Of a stretch of DNA of 64,000 bases, positions 49,149-57,734 are shown piece after piece; the first letter of the stretch is position 1, and every line of letters begins with the position of its first letter. Origin of the DNA: Mesorhizobium sp. (GTDB taxonomy: Bacteria > Pseudomonadota > Alphaproteobacteria > Rhizobiales > Rhizobiaceae). The DNA is taken from the NCBI GenBank assembly GCA_004017275.1, contig SAKE01000006.1:146662-210661 (forward strand), given 5' to 3'. A model generated the notes under the pieces. The model was not told where the DNA came from and did not search any database. It worked only from the letters and a program-made list of their open reading frames with translations. Made by a program: the position numbers and the translations under genes.

Positions 49149-50405
49149 TCAGCCGAACTTTCGCTGCGCATCCAGCGCCAGGCCAAGTCCGACCGAGCCG
49201 AACATGTCGCCTTCGATGACGGATGCCTGCGGCACCAGCGATAGGATTTCTCGCTTTGCCAGCGGGATCGCGGTCGATCCGCCGGTCAGGAACACCGCGG
49301 TGATGTCGGATGGCTGGACCTCAGCGTCCCGGATGGTCTGCCCGACCGTGGCGGTGACCCGCTCGATGTCCCTGGCAATCGTCGCGTCCAGCCCGCTGCG
49401 CGTGATTTCGGCGGCGAACTCCGCACCCGGCAACTTCACCGCCACATGGGCGGATGAGCTGTCGGTCAGCTCGATCTTGGCCTTTTCGACAAGTGCCGCC
49501 AGCGCGTGTCCGTAGCGGTGTTCGACGATGTGGATGAAGCGGTCGACCAGGTCTGCGCGCTCAGCCTCGTAGCGGATCTGGCGCAGATGCGTCATCGCCC
49601 TGGCGGTGTAGACCAGGTTGATGCGCTGCCATGTCGCGAGGTCGATGAAGTAGCTTGCCGGTAGATTGCGCTTGCCGTCCTTGGTTGGCGTCAAATAGCC
49701 GAGCTGCGGCATCACATGGGCGATGCTTAGCAGCCGGTCGAAATCCGTGCCGCCAATATGGACGCCGCGGCTGGCCAGGATGTCGTCTTTGCGGTCGAGC
49801 GACCGGGAGCGCTGCGGTGAAACGCGCACGATCGAGAAGTCCGAGGTGCCGCCGCCCATATCGATGATCAGCGCCAGTTCCTCGCGCGTCACCTTCTGCT
49901 CGTAGTCGAGCGCCGCCGCGATCGGCTCGAACTGGAAAGCGATGTGCTTGAAGCCCTGGGCGCGCGCGGCGTTCTCCAGTTCGCTTTGCGCCTTCGCGTC
50001 GGCCTCGGTATCGTCGTCGACGAATTGCACCGGCCGGCCAAGAACCACGGTCTCGACCGTATCGCCGGCATCTGCTTCCAGCTTCTTCTTGAGATGGCCG
50101 AGGAACATGCCGACGATCTCCATGAAGCCGATAGACCGCGATTTGATGCGTGTCTTTTCATGGGCAAGCGAACTGCCGAGCACGCTCTTCAGCGAACGCA
50201 TCAGCCGGCCTTCGATGCTGTCGGTGTAGTTGGCGATGGCATGGCGGCCGAAACAGGTGCGGTTGTCCTCGAAGTTGAAGAACACGGCACTGGGCAGCGT
50301 CACCTGGCCGTCCTCAAGCACGACGAGGCGCGGCTGCCCGTTGCTGACGACGCCAACGGTGGAGTTTGAAGTGCCGAAATCGATGCCGCCGAATGCTGGT
50401 CGCAA
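49149..50405 (-). CDS. YegD-like short Hsp70-family protein
   Basis: GIDFGTSNS, EPIAAA, DMGGGTSDFS, IGGTDFD, LTGGS; no substrate-binding domain; TTG start with AGGAGG SD. Confidence 0.88.
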   Translation of the reverse strand: MRPAFGGIDFGTSNSTVGVVSNGQPRLVVLEDGQVTLPSAVFFNFEDNRTCFGRHAIANYTDSIEGRLMRSLKSVLGSSLAHEKTRIKSRSIGFMEIVGMFLGHLKKKLEADAGDTVETVVLGRPVQFVDDDTEADAKAQSELENAARAQGFKHIAFQFEPIAAALDYEQKVTREELALIIDMGGGTSDFSIVRVSPQRSRSLDRKDDILASRGVHIGGTDFDRLLSIAHVMPQLGYLTPTKDGKRNLPASYFIDLATWQRINLVYTARAMTHLRQIRYEAERADLVDRFIHIVEHRYGHALAALVEKAKIELTDSSSAHVAVKLPGAEFAAEITRSGLDATIARDIERVTATVGQTIRDAEVQPSDITAVFLTGGSTAIPLAKREILSLVPQASVIEGDMFGSVGLGLALDAQRKFG

Positions 50406-50575
50406 AGCAGCCTCCTGTCATTGTCCAGGCAGCGGATCGGCGCTCGCCGGGAGACGTGCGCCGCGGTCCGGGCAACCGGACCACTCTGCCGAAGTGAATT
50501 GTGTGTGTTTGCCCGTTGGGCGGGGAGGTGCGGTCTATAGCATGATCGGCGAAAGGGAAACCCCTTTTGGACGGG

Positions 50576-51367
50576 TCAGTCCTTTCGGAAGATCACCCTT
50601 CCAAGCCAGCCCGTCAGCATCGCCAGCGATATCGCGAAGATGCCATAGAGGAAGGAATAATTGTGGGCGACACGGAAGATCGACTGTTCGAAACCGGATT
50701 TGCGGATTTCGAGCTGGGCCGAGCTCTCCTTGATGAACACGCCGCTCTTGAACAGGAAGGCGCGCGCCTTATGGGTGCCGACCGGAACGTTCGGCGCCAG
50801 TCTGACGGTAGCGCGGAACAGGTTCTGGGACAGGAATTGCACGCCGCCGACATTCTCGCTGTAGAGGCCGGTAGCCGCCTTGCGGCTGCGCAGCGCAGCG
50901 GTGAATTCCTCGATGGTCGCCGGGCTGTCGCCGGCATCGGCCGGCTGCATGTAAAGGTTGGAGGCGCCGAGCGATAGCTGTTTGTAGCTGTTGGGTTCGG
51001 TGATGTCCTGCAGCGGCCGCGTCGTCGCCACCGAATAGGACACCGGCACGTTCTCGAAGGTCTCGGAGTCCAGATTGACCCAGACGCCGAGCACCCGGTC
51101 CTTGCGGCGCACCACCACCGGTTTGGGAGGGCCTTCGAGCACGACGATGACATCGTAGCGGCCCTGGCGCGCGACGAGTGGGTCGGGATTTTCCAGCGAG
51201 CCGAAAATGGTCAGGTCGGCGCCGGAAAAGCCGGCGGTGATCGACACATTGTCGGTGGAAAGCCCGATCTGGATGCCTTCCGTCAGCGGGACCTGTGCCT
51301 TCGCCGGCGCGGTGGCCGCAAGCAGGGACAGGACAACCGCGGTTGCGAACGCGTTCGGAGCCCTCAT
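50576..51367 (-). CDS. TIGR02186-type conserved protein
   Basis: ITAGFSGADLTIFG, VRRKDRVLGVWVN, LFRATV.LAPNVPVG; C-terminal TM helix. Confidence 0.8.
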   Translation of the reverse strand: MRAPNAFATAVVLSLLAATAPAKAQVPLTEGIQIGLSTDNVSITAGFSGADLTIFGSLENPDPLVARQGRYDVIVVLEGPPKPVVVRRKDRVLGVWVNLDSETFENVPVSYSVATTRPLQDITEPNSYKQLSLGASNLYMQPADAGDSPATIEEFTAALRSRKAATGLYSENVGGVQFLSQNLFRATVRLAPNVPVGTHKARAFLFKSGVFIKESSAQLEIRKSGFEQSIFRVAHNYSFLYGIFAISLAMLTGWLGRVIFRKD

Positions 51368-52290
51368 CAGTTGAGGTCCGCGGCAGAGAGCGAATAGAGA
51401 TTGGGCGGGGTGACGAAAAGATCGATGGCAAGCCGGATCGCCACCGCTAGCACCAGCAAAGCCAACAAGGCCCTGAGCTGCTCGCCGCGCAGCCGCTGGC
51501 CGGCCTTGGCGCCATATTGCGCACCGGCGACGCCGCCGGCCATCAGCAGGAAGGCCAGCACGACGTCGACCGTTTGGTTGGTGGTGGCATGGACCAGCGT
51601 CGTATAGGCGGAGGTGAAGATGATCTGGAACAGCGAGGTGCCGATAACGACGTTGGTCGGCACTTTCAGCAGATAGATCAGTGCCGGCACCATGATGAAG
51701 CCGCCGCCGACGCCCATGATCGACGACAGGAAGCCGATGCCGGCGCCAAGGCCAAGCACCGGGATGACGCTGACGAACAGTTTTGAGGCCCTGAACCGCA
51801 TCTTCAGCGGCAAGCGGTGGATCCAGTTGTGTTGCCCGGATTTCTTCAGCACCGGCGCCGCACCGCTGCGCGTGGCGCGCAGCGCATTGACGCTTTCGAC
51901 CAGCATCAACCCGCCGACGGTGCCGAGCAGGACGACGTAGAGCAGCGAGATGAACAGATCGAGCTGGCCGAGCCTGCGCAGGAAGGCGAAGACATAGATG
52001 CCGCCGGTGGAACCGATGATGCCGCCGGCCAGCAACACCCCGCCGAGCTTGAAGTCGAGCGTACCGCGCTTCATATGCGAAAGCACGCCGGAGACGGAGG
52101 AGGCAATGACCTGGTTGGCGCCGGTGGCGACCGCGATCGCCGGGGGGATGTTGTAGAAGATCAAGAGCGGCGTGATGAGGAAGCCGCCGCCGACGCCGAA
52201 CATGCCCGACAGGAAACCCACCGCCGCACCCATGGCCAGCAGGACGAAGACGTTGACGGAAATTTCCGCGATCGGGAGATAGATGCCCAC
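51367..52290 (-). CDS. TauE/SafE (TSUP) family permease
   Basis: GMFGVGGGFL, GVGGGFIMVP, GTSLFQ; overlaps the next gene by TGATG. Confidence 0.88.
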   Translation of the reverse strand: MGIYLPIAEISVNVFVLLAMGAAVGFLSGMFGVGGGFLITPLLIFYNIPPAIAVATGANQVIASSVSGVLSHMKRGTLDFKLGGVLLAGGIIGSTGGIYVFAFLRRLGQLDLFISLLYVVLLGTVGGLMLVESVNALRATRSGAAPVLKKSGQHNWIHRLPLKMRFRASKLFVSVIPVLGLGAGIGFLSSIMGVGGGFIMVPALIYLLKVPTNVVIGTSLFQIIFTSAYTTLVHATTNQTVDVVLAFLLMAGGVAGAQYGAKAGQRLRGEQLRALLALLVLAVAIRLAIDLFVTPPNLYSLSAADLN

Positions 52291-52449
52291 CCGTCAGTCT
52301 CGATCAGTTCTGCCTGTCGGCGAATGCAACCGTTGCGGGCATCTTGGACCGACAAGCCAATTCGTTCTTGCGCCGGAGGTGCTGCGAAGTCAAACCGCGC
52401 TACGCCGCCGAAACAAAAAACATCTCAATCAGTTAACAGGCAAATGTGT

Positions 52450-52480
52450 GGCAAGGCGTCGTGGAAACGACGCCTCTGCC
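52450..52480 (-). terminator. Hairpin after podJ
   Basis: AGGCGTCGT-GGAA-ACGACGCCT with GGCA/TGCC extension; weak U-tract. Confidence 0.45.
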
Positions 52481-52481
52481 G

Positions 52482-55400
52482 TTATTTGCGCGCCAGCAGC
52501 GCCTTGACCAGTTTTTCATCGACATCGCCGGTCGCCGGCATCTTGTTGTCGGTTTGGAAAGCCATGATCGCGGTCTTCGTCTTCTGGCCCATCTTGCCAT
52601 CGGCGCCGCCGGCGTCATAGCCATTCTTGTTGAGAATGCGCTGGATGTTCTGGACGGCCTTCTTCATGTCGATGCTGGCCGTCGTCTGCGGTGCGCCGTC
52701 CTGCCAGGATTCAGGGATGTCGGCCGAATTGGCCGCCGCATCCAGCGGCTTGGCCTTCCACAGCTCGGCCGCGGCGCGGGCGCGTTCGAGCTGCTCTGGC
52801 CGCAGTGCATTGGCGATCTCGTCACGCTTGGCCGCCGCATCCTTGTCGCCGGTCTTGGCGACGAGCGCGAACCATTTGTAGGACTCTTCGAGGTTCTGCT
52901 TCATGCCGACGCCCTTGGCAGCGAGGATGCCGAGATTGAACTGGCTATCCTTGACGCCGACATCGGCCGCCGCCTGGAACCAGTGCGCGGCCGATTCATT
53001 GTCGGTCACGCCGTCCGCGGCCATGGCGAACAGCACGGCCAGATTGTGCATGCCGCTGGCGTTGCCCTGCGCCGCCGAAAGCTGGTACCAGGTCTTCGCT
53101 TTCTTGATGTCGCGCGCGACGCCGATGCCCTTTTCGTAGAAATTGCCAATGCGATATTCGGCCGGGGCGAAGCCGAGTTCCGCCGACTTCTCGTACCATT
53201 TGGCCGCCGCCGCCATGTCTTCCTTGACGCCGCGCGACTCGGCATAGCGCGAGCCGATCTCGAACAGCGCCTTGGCATCGCCGCCGGCGGCGGCATCGCG
53301 CAAGGCGACCGGGCCGGCGTCGGCTGGAATGTCGATCTTTGCAGTGGTCACCGCCGGCGAAGCGTCCGCTGGCGGAACCGCGCCCGTGCTGTCCTTGATG
53401 CTGGTCGGCTGAGCCGCCATGGGCTGGGTGCCGGTGTCTGCATCGGTTGCTTCCGGGGCGACTGGAACAGTCGGGGTCGGTGCAGCCGAGGCTATCGTGT
53501 CGGAAGTCGCCGCGCTGGCATCGGCTGGTGTAGCCGAGGCGACGGGCGCGGGAACCAACTCTGCGACCGGCGCGGCATCCATCGGTGGTCCGGGCGGTGT
53601 GGCCATCATGTTTTGCGCGGCCAGGTCATCCTTGGTGGCCGGTGCGGACGGTTCGGCCTGTCTGACGGTGCGGTCCGGCGCGCTTTCCACTGCCGTGGGT
53701 TGAGCGTCCGTCTTCGGCTGCTGGCTCGCGGTATCGAGCGAGGCGGTCTGCACCGGTTGCGAGGCGGCGATTGGTGAGGCGTCGTTGCTCGCCACTTGCG
53801 CCGGCTCGGCGAAAAAGGCCTTGCCCAGCTGCAGGCCGCTCAGCGCCAGCAGGATCGCGGTTGTTCCCATCAGCAGCGGCTTGCGCCGTGCCTTGAGCAA
53901 GTCGCCGATCCGCAGCGCCTTCACCGGTCCGGTTATCGTCGACTGGCGCTTCAGCGCATCGGCCTCGGCGGCCGCGGCCTGCGCGGCGCGCCGGGCTGCG
54001 GCGATGAAATCCGACTTCGCGGCGTCGGTGTCGCTGGGCTTGGCCGGCTGGCCGCGTTCGTCGCGCACGCGCTTCATGATGGCGTTGAGATCAGGTGCTC
54101 CGGAGCCGGGCTCGAGCGGCCGGTTGGCCATTTTCGGATCAAGCGGCTCGTCGAGATCGACGCTTGGTATCGGAGCCGTCGGCGCCGAGCCGGCCAGCGG
54201 CGGAATGTCCGCCTCCTTCTTGCCCTTGAAGGCGCGGGCCAGCCCTCCGAACAACGACTTGCGGCCGCCTGCCTGATCGCCTTTCTCGGCGATCGTGTCG
54301 GAACCGAGCGCGGCCATGGCGGCCGCCGCGGCAGCCTCGGCCGGCGTGCGCGTGCCCATGCCAACACTAAGGTCGCTACGTGCACTCGGCTCATTGCGCA
54401 GGATGGCGGCGGCGCGGCTATCGAGATCGGCCATGTCCCCAGCCAATGGCAGGGGCTGATCGATATCCATCGACGGCGCGTCGACTGCCATCATGGGTCG
54501 CCGTGCGCGGTGCCGGTTGCTCGGCTCGGCCGGTGCCGCATCCAGCAATTCGCTCATCGCTTCGACAGGCTCGCCGGGTTCGAGCGAACCCAGCCGGTCG
54601 ACGATCTTGAGCAGCGTGTCGTGGATGGCCTCGAACGTCCTCGAATTGCGCTCGTCGGAGCGCCGGGTCAGCGTTTCAAGTGTCTTCAAATCCTGTGCGA
54701 GACCGGAAACGGCGGTCGTATTGGCGCTCGAACCGGCCAGCGATTGCACTGCGTTCTCGGCCGCTTCGCGCGCCGCGCCAAGGATGGACTCGCGGGTTCC
54801 GGCGAGCGACTTTTCGATTTCATTGAGACGTGGGCTGATGTCTTCGAATTCCGGCAGCGGCGTGCTGGGCTTGGAAAGATGCGCGGACAGGCCGGCGACC
54901 TGCGCCTCCAAGCTACGGATCAGTGCCGGATCGATGCCGGCCACCTGCGCGGCCGACACGTCGAGCCGGCTTGAAATGTCTTCGAGCCGGCTTTCCAGGC
55001 CGCGGATCGCCGCTTCGCCCGCGAGATCGGGAACGCGCGTTTCCATGCGCTTGGCCAAAGCGGTGAAGCGGGCATCGATGGCTTCCATGATGCCGCTGCT
55101 GTCGACCTGCGGCATGCGCTGGTCGAGCCTGTCGGCAACCTCGTCCAGCCGGCGCTCCAGATCGCGGAACAGCATGTTGCCCTGTTCGATGGCGTCACCC
55201 TGGCGGCGCTCCATCATACTGGAGAGCACGTCGAAGCGTTGCTCCAGCCCGTGGAAGATGTAGTCGGCGTCGGGCATGGCCGGCGCCTGGTCGATCTTGT
55301 CGGCGATAAGTGCGATTTGCCTGGCAAGGCGTTCCATCGCCTGCTCCGGCAGATTGGCGCGGCCGGCGAGCTCATCGACCCGGCTCGACAAGGTGCTCAA

Positions 55401-56492
55401 CCGGTCCATGACCGCGTTGCCGGGGCTATCCTGCGCCACTTCCTCTATCTGCCGGGCAAGCGAGTCGATCCGCTTCTCGATGCGCTCGAAAACCTCGTGG
55501 TCGAATGAATTGGCTTGTGCCGCGACCGTCGATGCGACGATGGCGCGGGAAATTTCGTCCAGCCGCTCGTCGATCATGCCAAGCGTGTCGCTGCCGCGAT
55601 TGTCCTGCTGGCTGACGAAATGGTCGACGGCGCCGGCAAGCGTGCGCACTTTTTCCTCGAGCGAGCGCAGCGACAGCGATTCCGGCAGGTTGTTGACAGC
55701 GTTGCTGATCTGCTCCAGGCGGTCGGTCAGAACAGACAGGCCCGGGTCGTCCGAACGGTTGCGCTGATTGGCGTCGACGCGGTCCTCGAAAGCCGTCCAG
55801 CGGCGATCGAAATCGTCCCAGCGGCGGTCGACCTTCTGCACGCTCTCTTCGCGCGCCAGCGTTTCGAGCGCGGCTTTGACCTGTTCGAGTTCGAGCCGCA
55901 GCATGTTGACGCTTCTGTCGTCGCTCTTCTCGGCCAGTGTCTGGATGGCGCCGGAAAGCCTTTCGAATTCAAGGCCGAGTTCGGCGCTGCCCTTGGCCGA
56001 AGCGCCGGGCCTGGCGCCTGACTGGAACGCCCGCTCGATGTCCTTGCGCAGCGCTTCGAATTCGCGCTGCAGCCCTGATGTCATCTGGTGGCGCAATTCC
56101 TCGCGCATGCCGCGAAGTTCGCCAGCAATCTTGCCGACCATGGCGACGCCGTCTTCCTGGCCTCGTACGCGATCGATGTCGCGGGCAATAGCCTGGTAAT
56201 TCTGCTCGAAAGCGGCGGCTCCCTGCATCGGGCTCTTCGGCCGCGGCGCCGGCTGCGGATCCTCATACCAGCGCTGCTGGCCGGTGGGCCGGGCGGCGGG
56301 ATAGCGCGCATCGGCGCCATACTGGCGGGGATCGGATTGGCGGAGATCGGAACGTGCCATCGGTTCCTCGCGCGTCCGCTCCAACCGCTGCTCCAGCGTC
56401 TCCAGCGACCGGTTCAACTGCTCGAGCGTAGTCTGCGGCCTGCGCTGCCTGCCGGCGTTGAGTGTGTCGAGATAGGACCGCTTACTGTTCAT
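52482..56492 (-). CDS. podJ: Polar organelle development protein PodJ
   Basis: 1336 aa: long coiled coil, TM helix, Pro/Ala-rich linker, Sel1 repeats (AAKWYEKSAELG...) and a C-terminal PG-binding domain (ADGKMGQKT..AI.AFQ). Confidence 0.88.
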   Translation of the reverse strand: MNSKRSYLDTLNAGRQRRPQTTLEQLNRSLETLEQRLERTREEPMARSDLRQSDPRQYGADARYPAARPTGQQRWYEDPQPAPRPKSPMQGAAAFEQNYQAIARDIDRVRGQEDGVAMVGKIAGELRGMREELRHQMTSGLQREFEALRKDIERAFQSGARPGASAKGSAELGLEFERLSGAIQTLAEKSDDRSVNMLRLELEQVKAALETLAREESVQKVDRRWDDFDRRWTAFEDRVDANQRNRSDDPGLSVLTDRLEQISNAVNNLPESLSLRSLEEKVRTLAGAVDHFVSQQDNRGSDTLGMIDERLDEISRAIVASTVAAQANSFDHEVFERIEKRIDSLARQIEEVAQDSPGNAVMDRLSTLSSRVDELAGRANLPEQAMERLARQIALIADKIDQAPAMPDADYIFHGLEQRFDVLSSMMERRQGDAIEQGNMLFRDLERRLDEVADRLDQRMPQVDSSGIMEAIDARFTALAKRMETRVPDLAGEAAIRGLESRLEDISSRLDVSAAQVAGIDPALIRSLEAQVAGLSAHLSKPSTPLPEFEDISPRLNEIEKSLAGTRESILGAAREAAENAVQSLAGSSANTTAVSGLAQDLKTLETLTRRSDERNSRTFEAIHDTLLKIVDRLGSLEPGEPVEAMSELLDAAPAEPSNRHRARRPMMAVDAPSMDIDQPLPLAGDMADLDSRAAAILRNEPSARSDLSVGMGTRTPAEAAAAAAMAALGSDTIAEKGDQAGGRKSLFGGLARAFKGKKEADIPPLAGSAPTAPIPSVDLDEPLDPKMANRPLEPGSGAPDLNAIMKRVRDERGQPAKPSDTDAAKSDFIAAARRAAQAAAAEADALKRQSTITGPVKALRIGDLLKARRKPLLMGTTAILLALSGLQLGKAFFAEPAQVASNDASPIAASQPVQTASLDTASQQPKTDAQPTAVESAPDRTVRQAEPSAPATKDDLAAQNMMATPPGPPMDAAPVAELVPAPVASATPADASAATSDTIASAAPTPTVPVAPEATDADTGTQPMAAQPTSIKDSTGAVPPADASPAVTTAKIDIPADAGPVALRDAAAGGDAKALFEIGSRYAESRGVKEDMAAAAKWYEKSAELGFAPAEYRIGNFYEKGIGVARDIKKAKTWYQLSAAQGNASGMHNLAVLFAMAADGVTDNESAAHWFQAAADVGVKDSQFNLGILAAKGVGMKQNLEESYKWFALVAKTGDKDAAAKRDEIANALRPEQLERARAAAELWKAKPLDAAANSADIPESWQDGAPQTTASIDMKKAVQNIQRILNKNGYDAGGADGKMGQKTKTAIMAFQTDNKMPATGDVDEKLVKALLARK

Positions 56493-56686
56493 CGGTGCGT
56501 CCGTCTTTCAGAATGGCTGGCTCGTGCCAGTTCCCCCAAGTCCCTGTCGGAACGAAGGCAACCGGGCTTCTATGCCGCGGTGGAAGACGAGCTTCCCAGG
56601 TTCTCACCCGCGCTCCGAAAAACCGTGAAAAATTCGATACAGGATAAACACGGGTAGCCGACGTGCCCACATTTCCCCCAACGTGG

Positions 56687-56711
56687 TAAACAACGCGTTA
56701 ACCAAACTTAA
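56687..56711. promoter_or_regulatory. CtrA-like boxes in the podJ/merR divergent spacer
   Basis: TAAA-caacgcg-TTAA (56687-701) followed by TTAA at 56708 (N6 spacing). Confidence 0.45.
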
Positions 56712-56806
56712 GAAGTTGCGAGGATGTTGGCTGCCGGCCTAACGGTGCGGCATAAAGGGCGTCGCGCAAAACGCCCTTGCGTCATGAGGCGGCTATCGGT
56801 ATAGAA

Positions 56807-56822
56807 TTGACGTAAACGTAAA
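56807..56822 (+). promoter_or_regulatory. LiuR-like operator upstream of the MerR gene
   Basis: TTGACGTAAACGTAAA versus consensus TTTACGTwwACGTAAA. Confidence 0.7.
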
Positions 56823-56948
56823 AGACGCATCGAGCGTGCTGTTTGCGATTTGTTTGTTGAAACCACGACTGGAAGCAGGCCCCCGCTTCCAGTCAGGCGA
56901 CGCACGGTCCAGGACCGCGACGCCACCAGACGGGGAAAGCCAGTGACT

Positions 56949-57407
56949 ATGAAACTTAGCTCGGCCGGCGAGACCGCGGCCAATACCAATATGTCTGTCG
57001 AAGCCGGCGAAGACCTTGTCCGCATCGGCGAGATGGCGAAGAAATACGGAGTGACGCTGCGCACGCTGCGTTTCTACGAAGACAAGGGCCTGCTCAACCC
57101 GCAGCGTGACGGTTCGACCCGTCTCTACACGCGCCGCGACAAGGCCCGGCTGAAGCTGATCCTGCTTGGCCGCAAGGTCGGGTTCTCGCTGCGCGACGTC
57201 AAGCAGATGATGGATCTCTACGATCCGACCGGTTCAAACACCAAGCAGCTCAAGCTTGCTCTGGACAAGTCGGAAAAGCAGCTTGCCCGCCTGCAGAAGC
57301 AGCGGGCGCTGATCGACGACGCCATCAACGAGCTGAGCGGCTCGATGTCGGCGGTGCGCCAGATGCTGGCCGAACGTTCGGCGCCGCAGGCGAGCGTCGC
57401 GAGGTAA
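56949..57407 (+). CDS. MerR-family regulator, LiuR-like
   Basis: IGEMAKKYGVTLRTLRFYEDKGLL HTH; precedes acyl-CoA catabolic genes. Confidence 0.88.
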   Translation: MKLSSAGETAANTNMSVEAGEDLVRIGEMAKKYGVTLRTLRFYEDKGLLNPQRDGSTRLYTRRDKARLKLILLGRKVGFSLRDVKQMMDLYDPTGSNTKQLKLALDKSEKQLARLQKQRALIDDAINELSGSMSAVRQMLAERSAPQASVAR

Positions 57408-57462
57408 GACGCAATTTCGGGAAAAGTGTGAAGCAGTTCCGTTCGGAATCGCGTCAAACTCT
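57405..57462 (+). repeat. Intergenic repeat, copy F
   Basis: TAA-GACGCAATTTCGGGAAAAGTGTGAAGCAGTTCCGTTCGGAATCGCGTC; starts at the MerR stop. Confidence 0.65.
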
Positions 57463-57615
57463 TCATACGCCGGTTGTCTGATTATCAAAACCGCGTGGCC
57501 CTGCCGCGCGGCTTTTCGTCGTCCTGGCGTTATCCATCAGCCTTTCGACCTTGGCTTGCGCGACCCTGCGCCGCTACGCTCATCGTCGCTACGGGCGGGA
57601 AATCTTGTCGCATTG

Positions 57616-57647
57616 AAAAATTGACGTTTACGCAAACGTCAATTTTT
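57616..57647. promoter_or_regulatory. Double LiuR-like operator
   Basis: AAAAATTGACGTTT-acgc-AAACGTCAATTTTT, perfect 14-bp arms, containing TTGACGTTTACGCAAA and TTTACGCAAACGTCAA. Confidence 0.75.
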
Positions 57648-57734
57648 GCTATTCCGCTCCCAACATGGGTCCGCATGCCACCCCTGGCTTGTCATCGGGG
57701 CGTTCGGACCGGGTTTGCAGGGTGGAGAAAAAGC

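Noticed and set aside
43296-50575. Integrase- or IS-bounded genomic island
   Set aside because: No recombinase, tRNA site or flanking direct repeats were found; insertion is inferred only from context.
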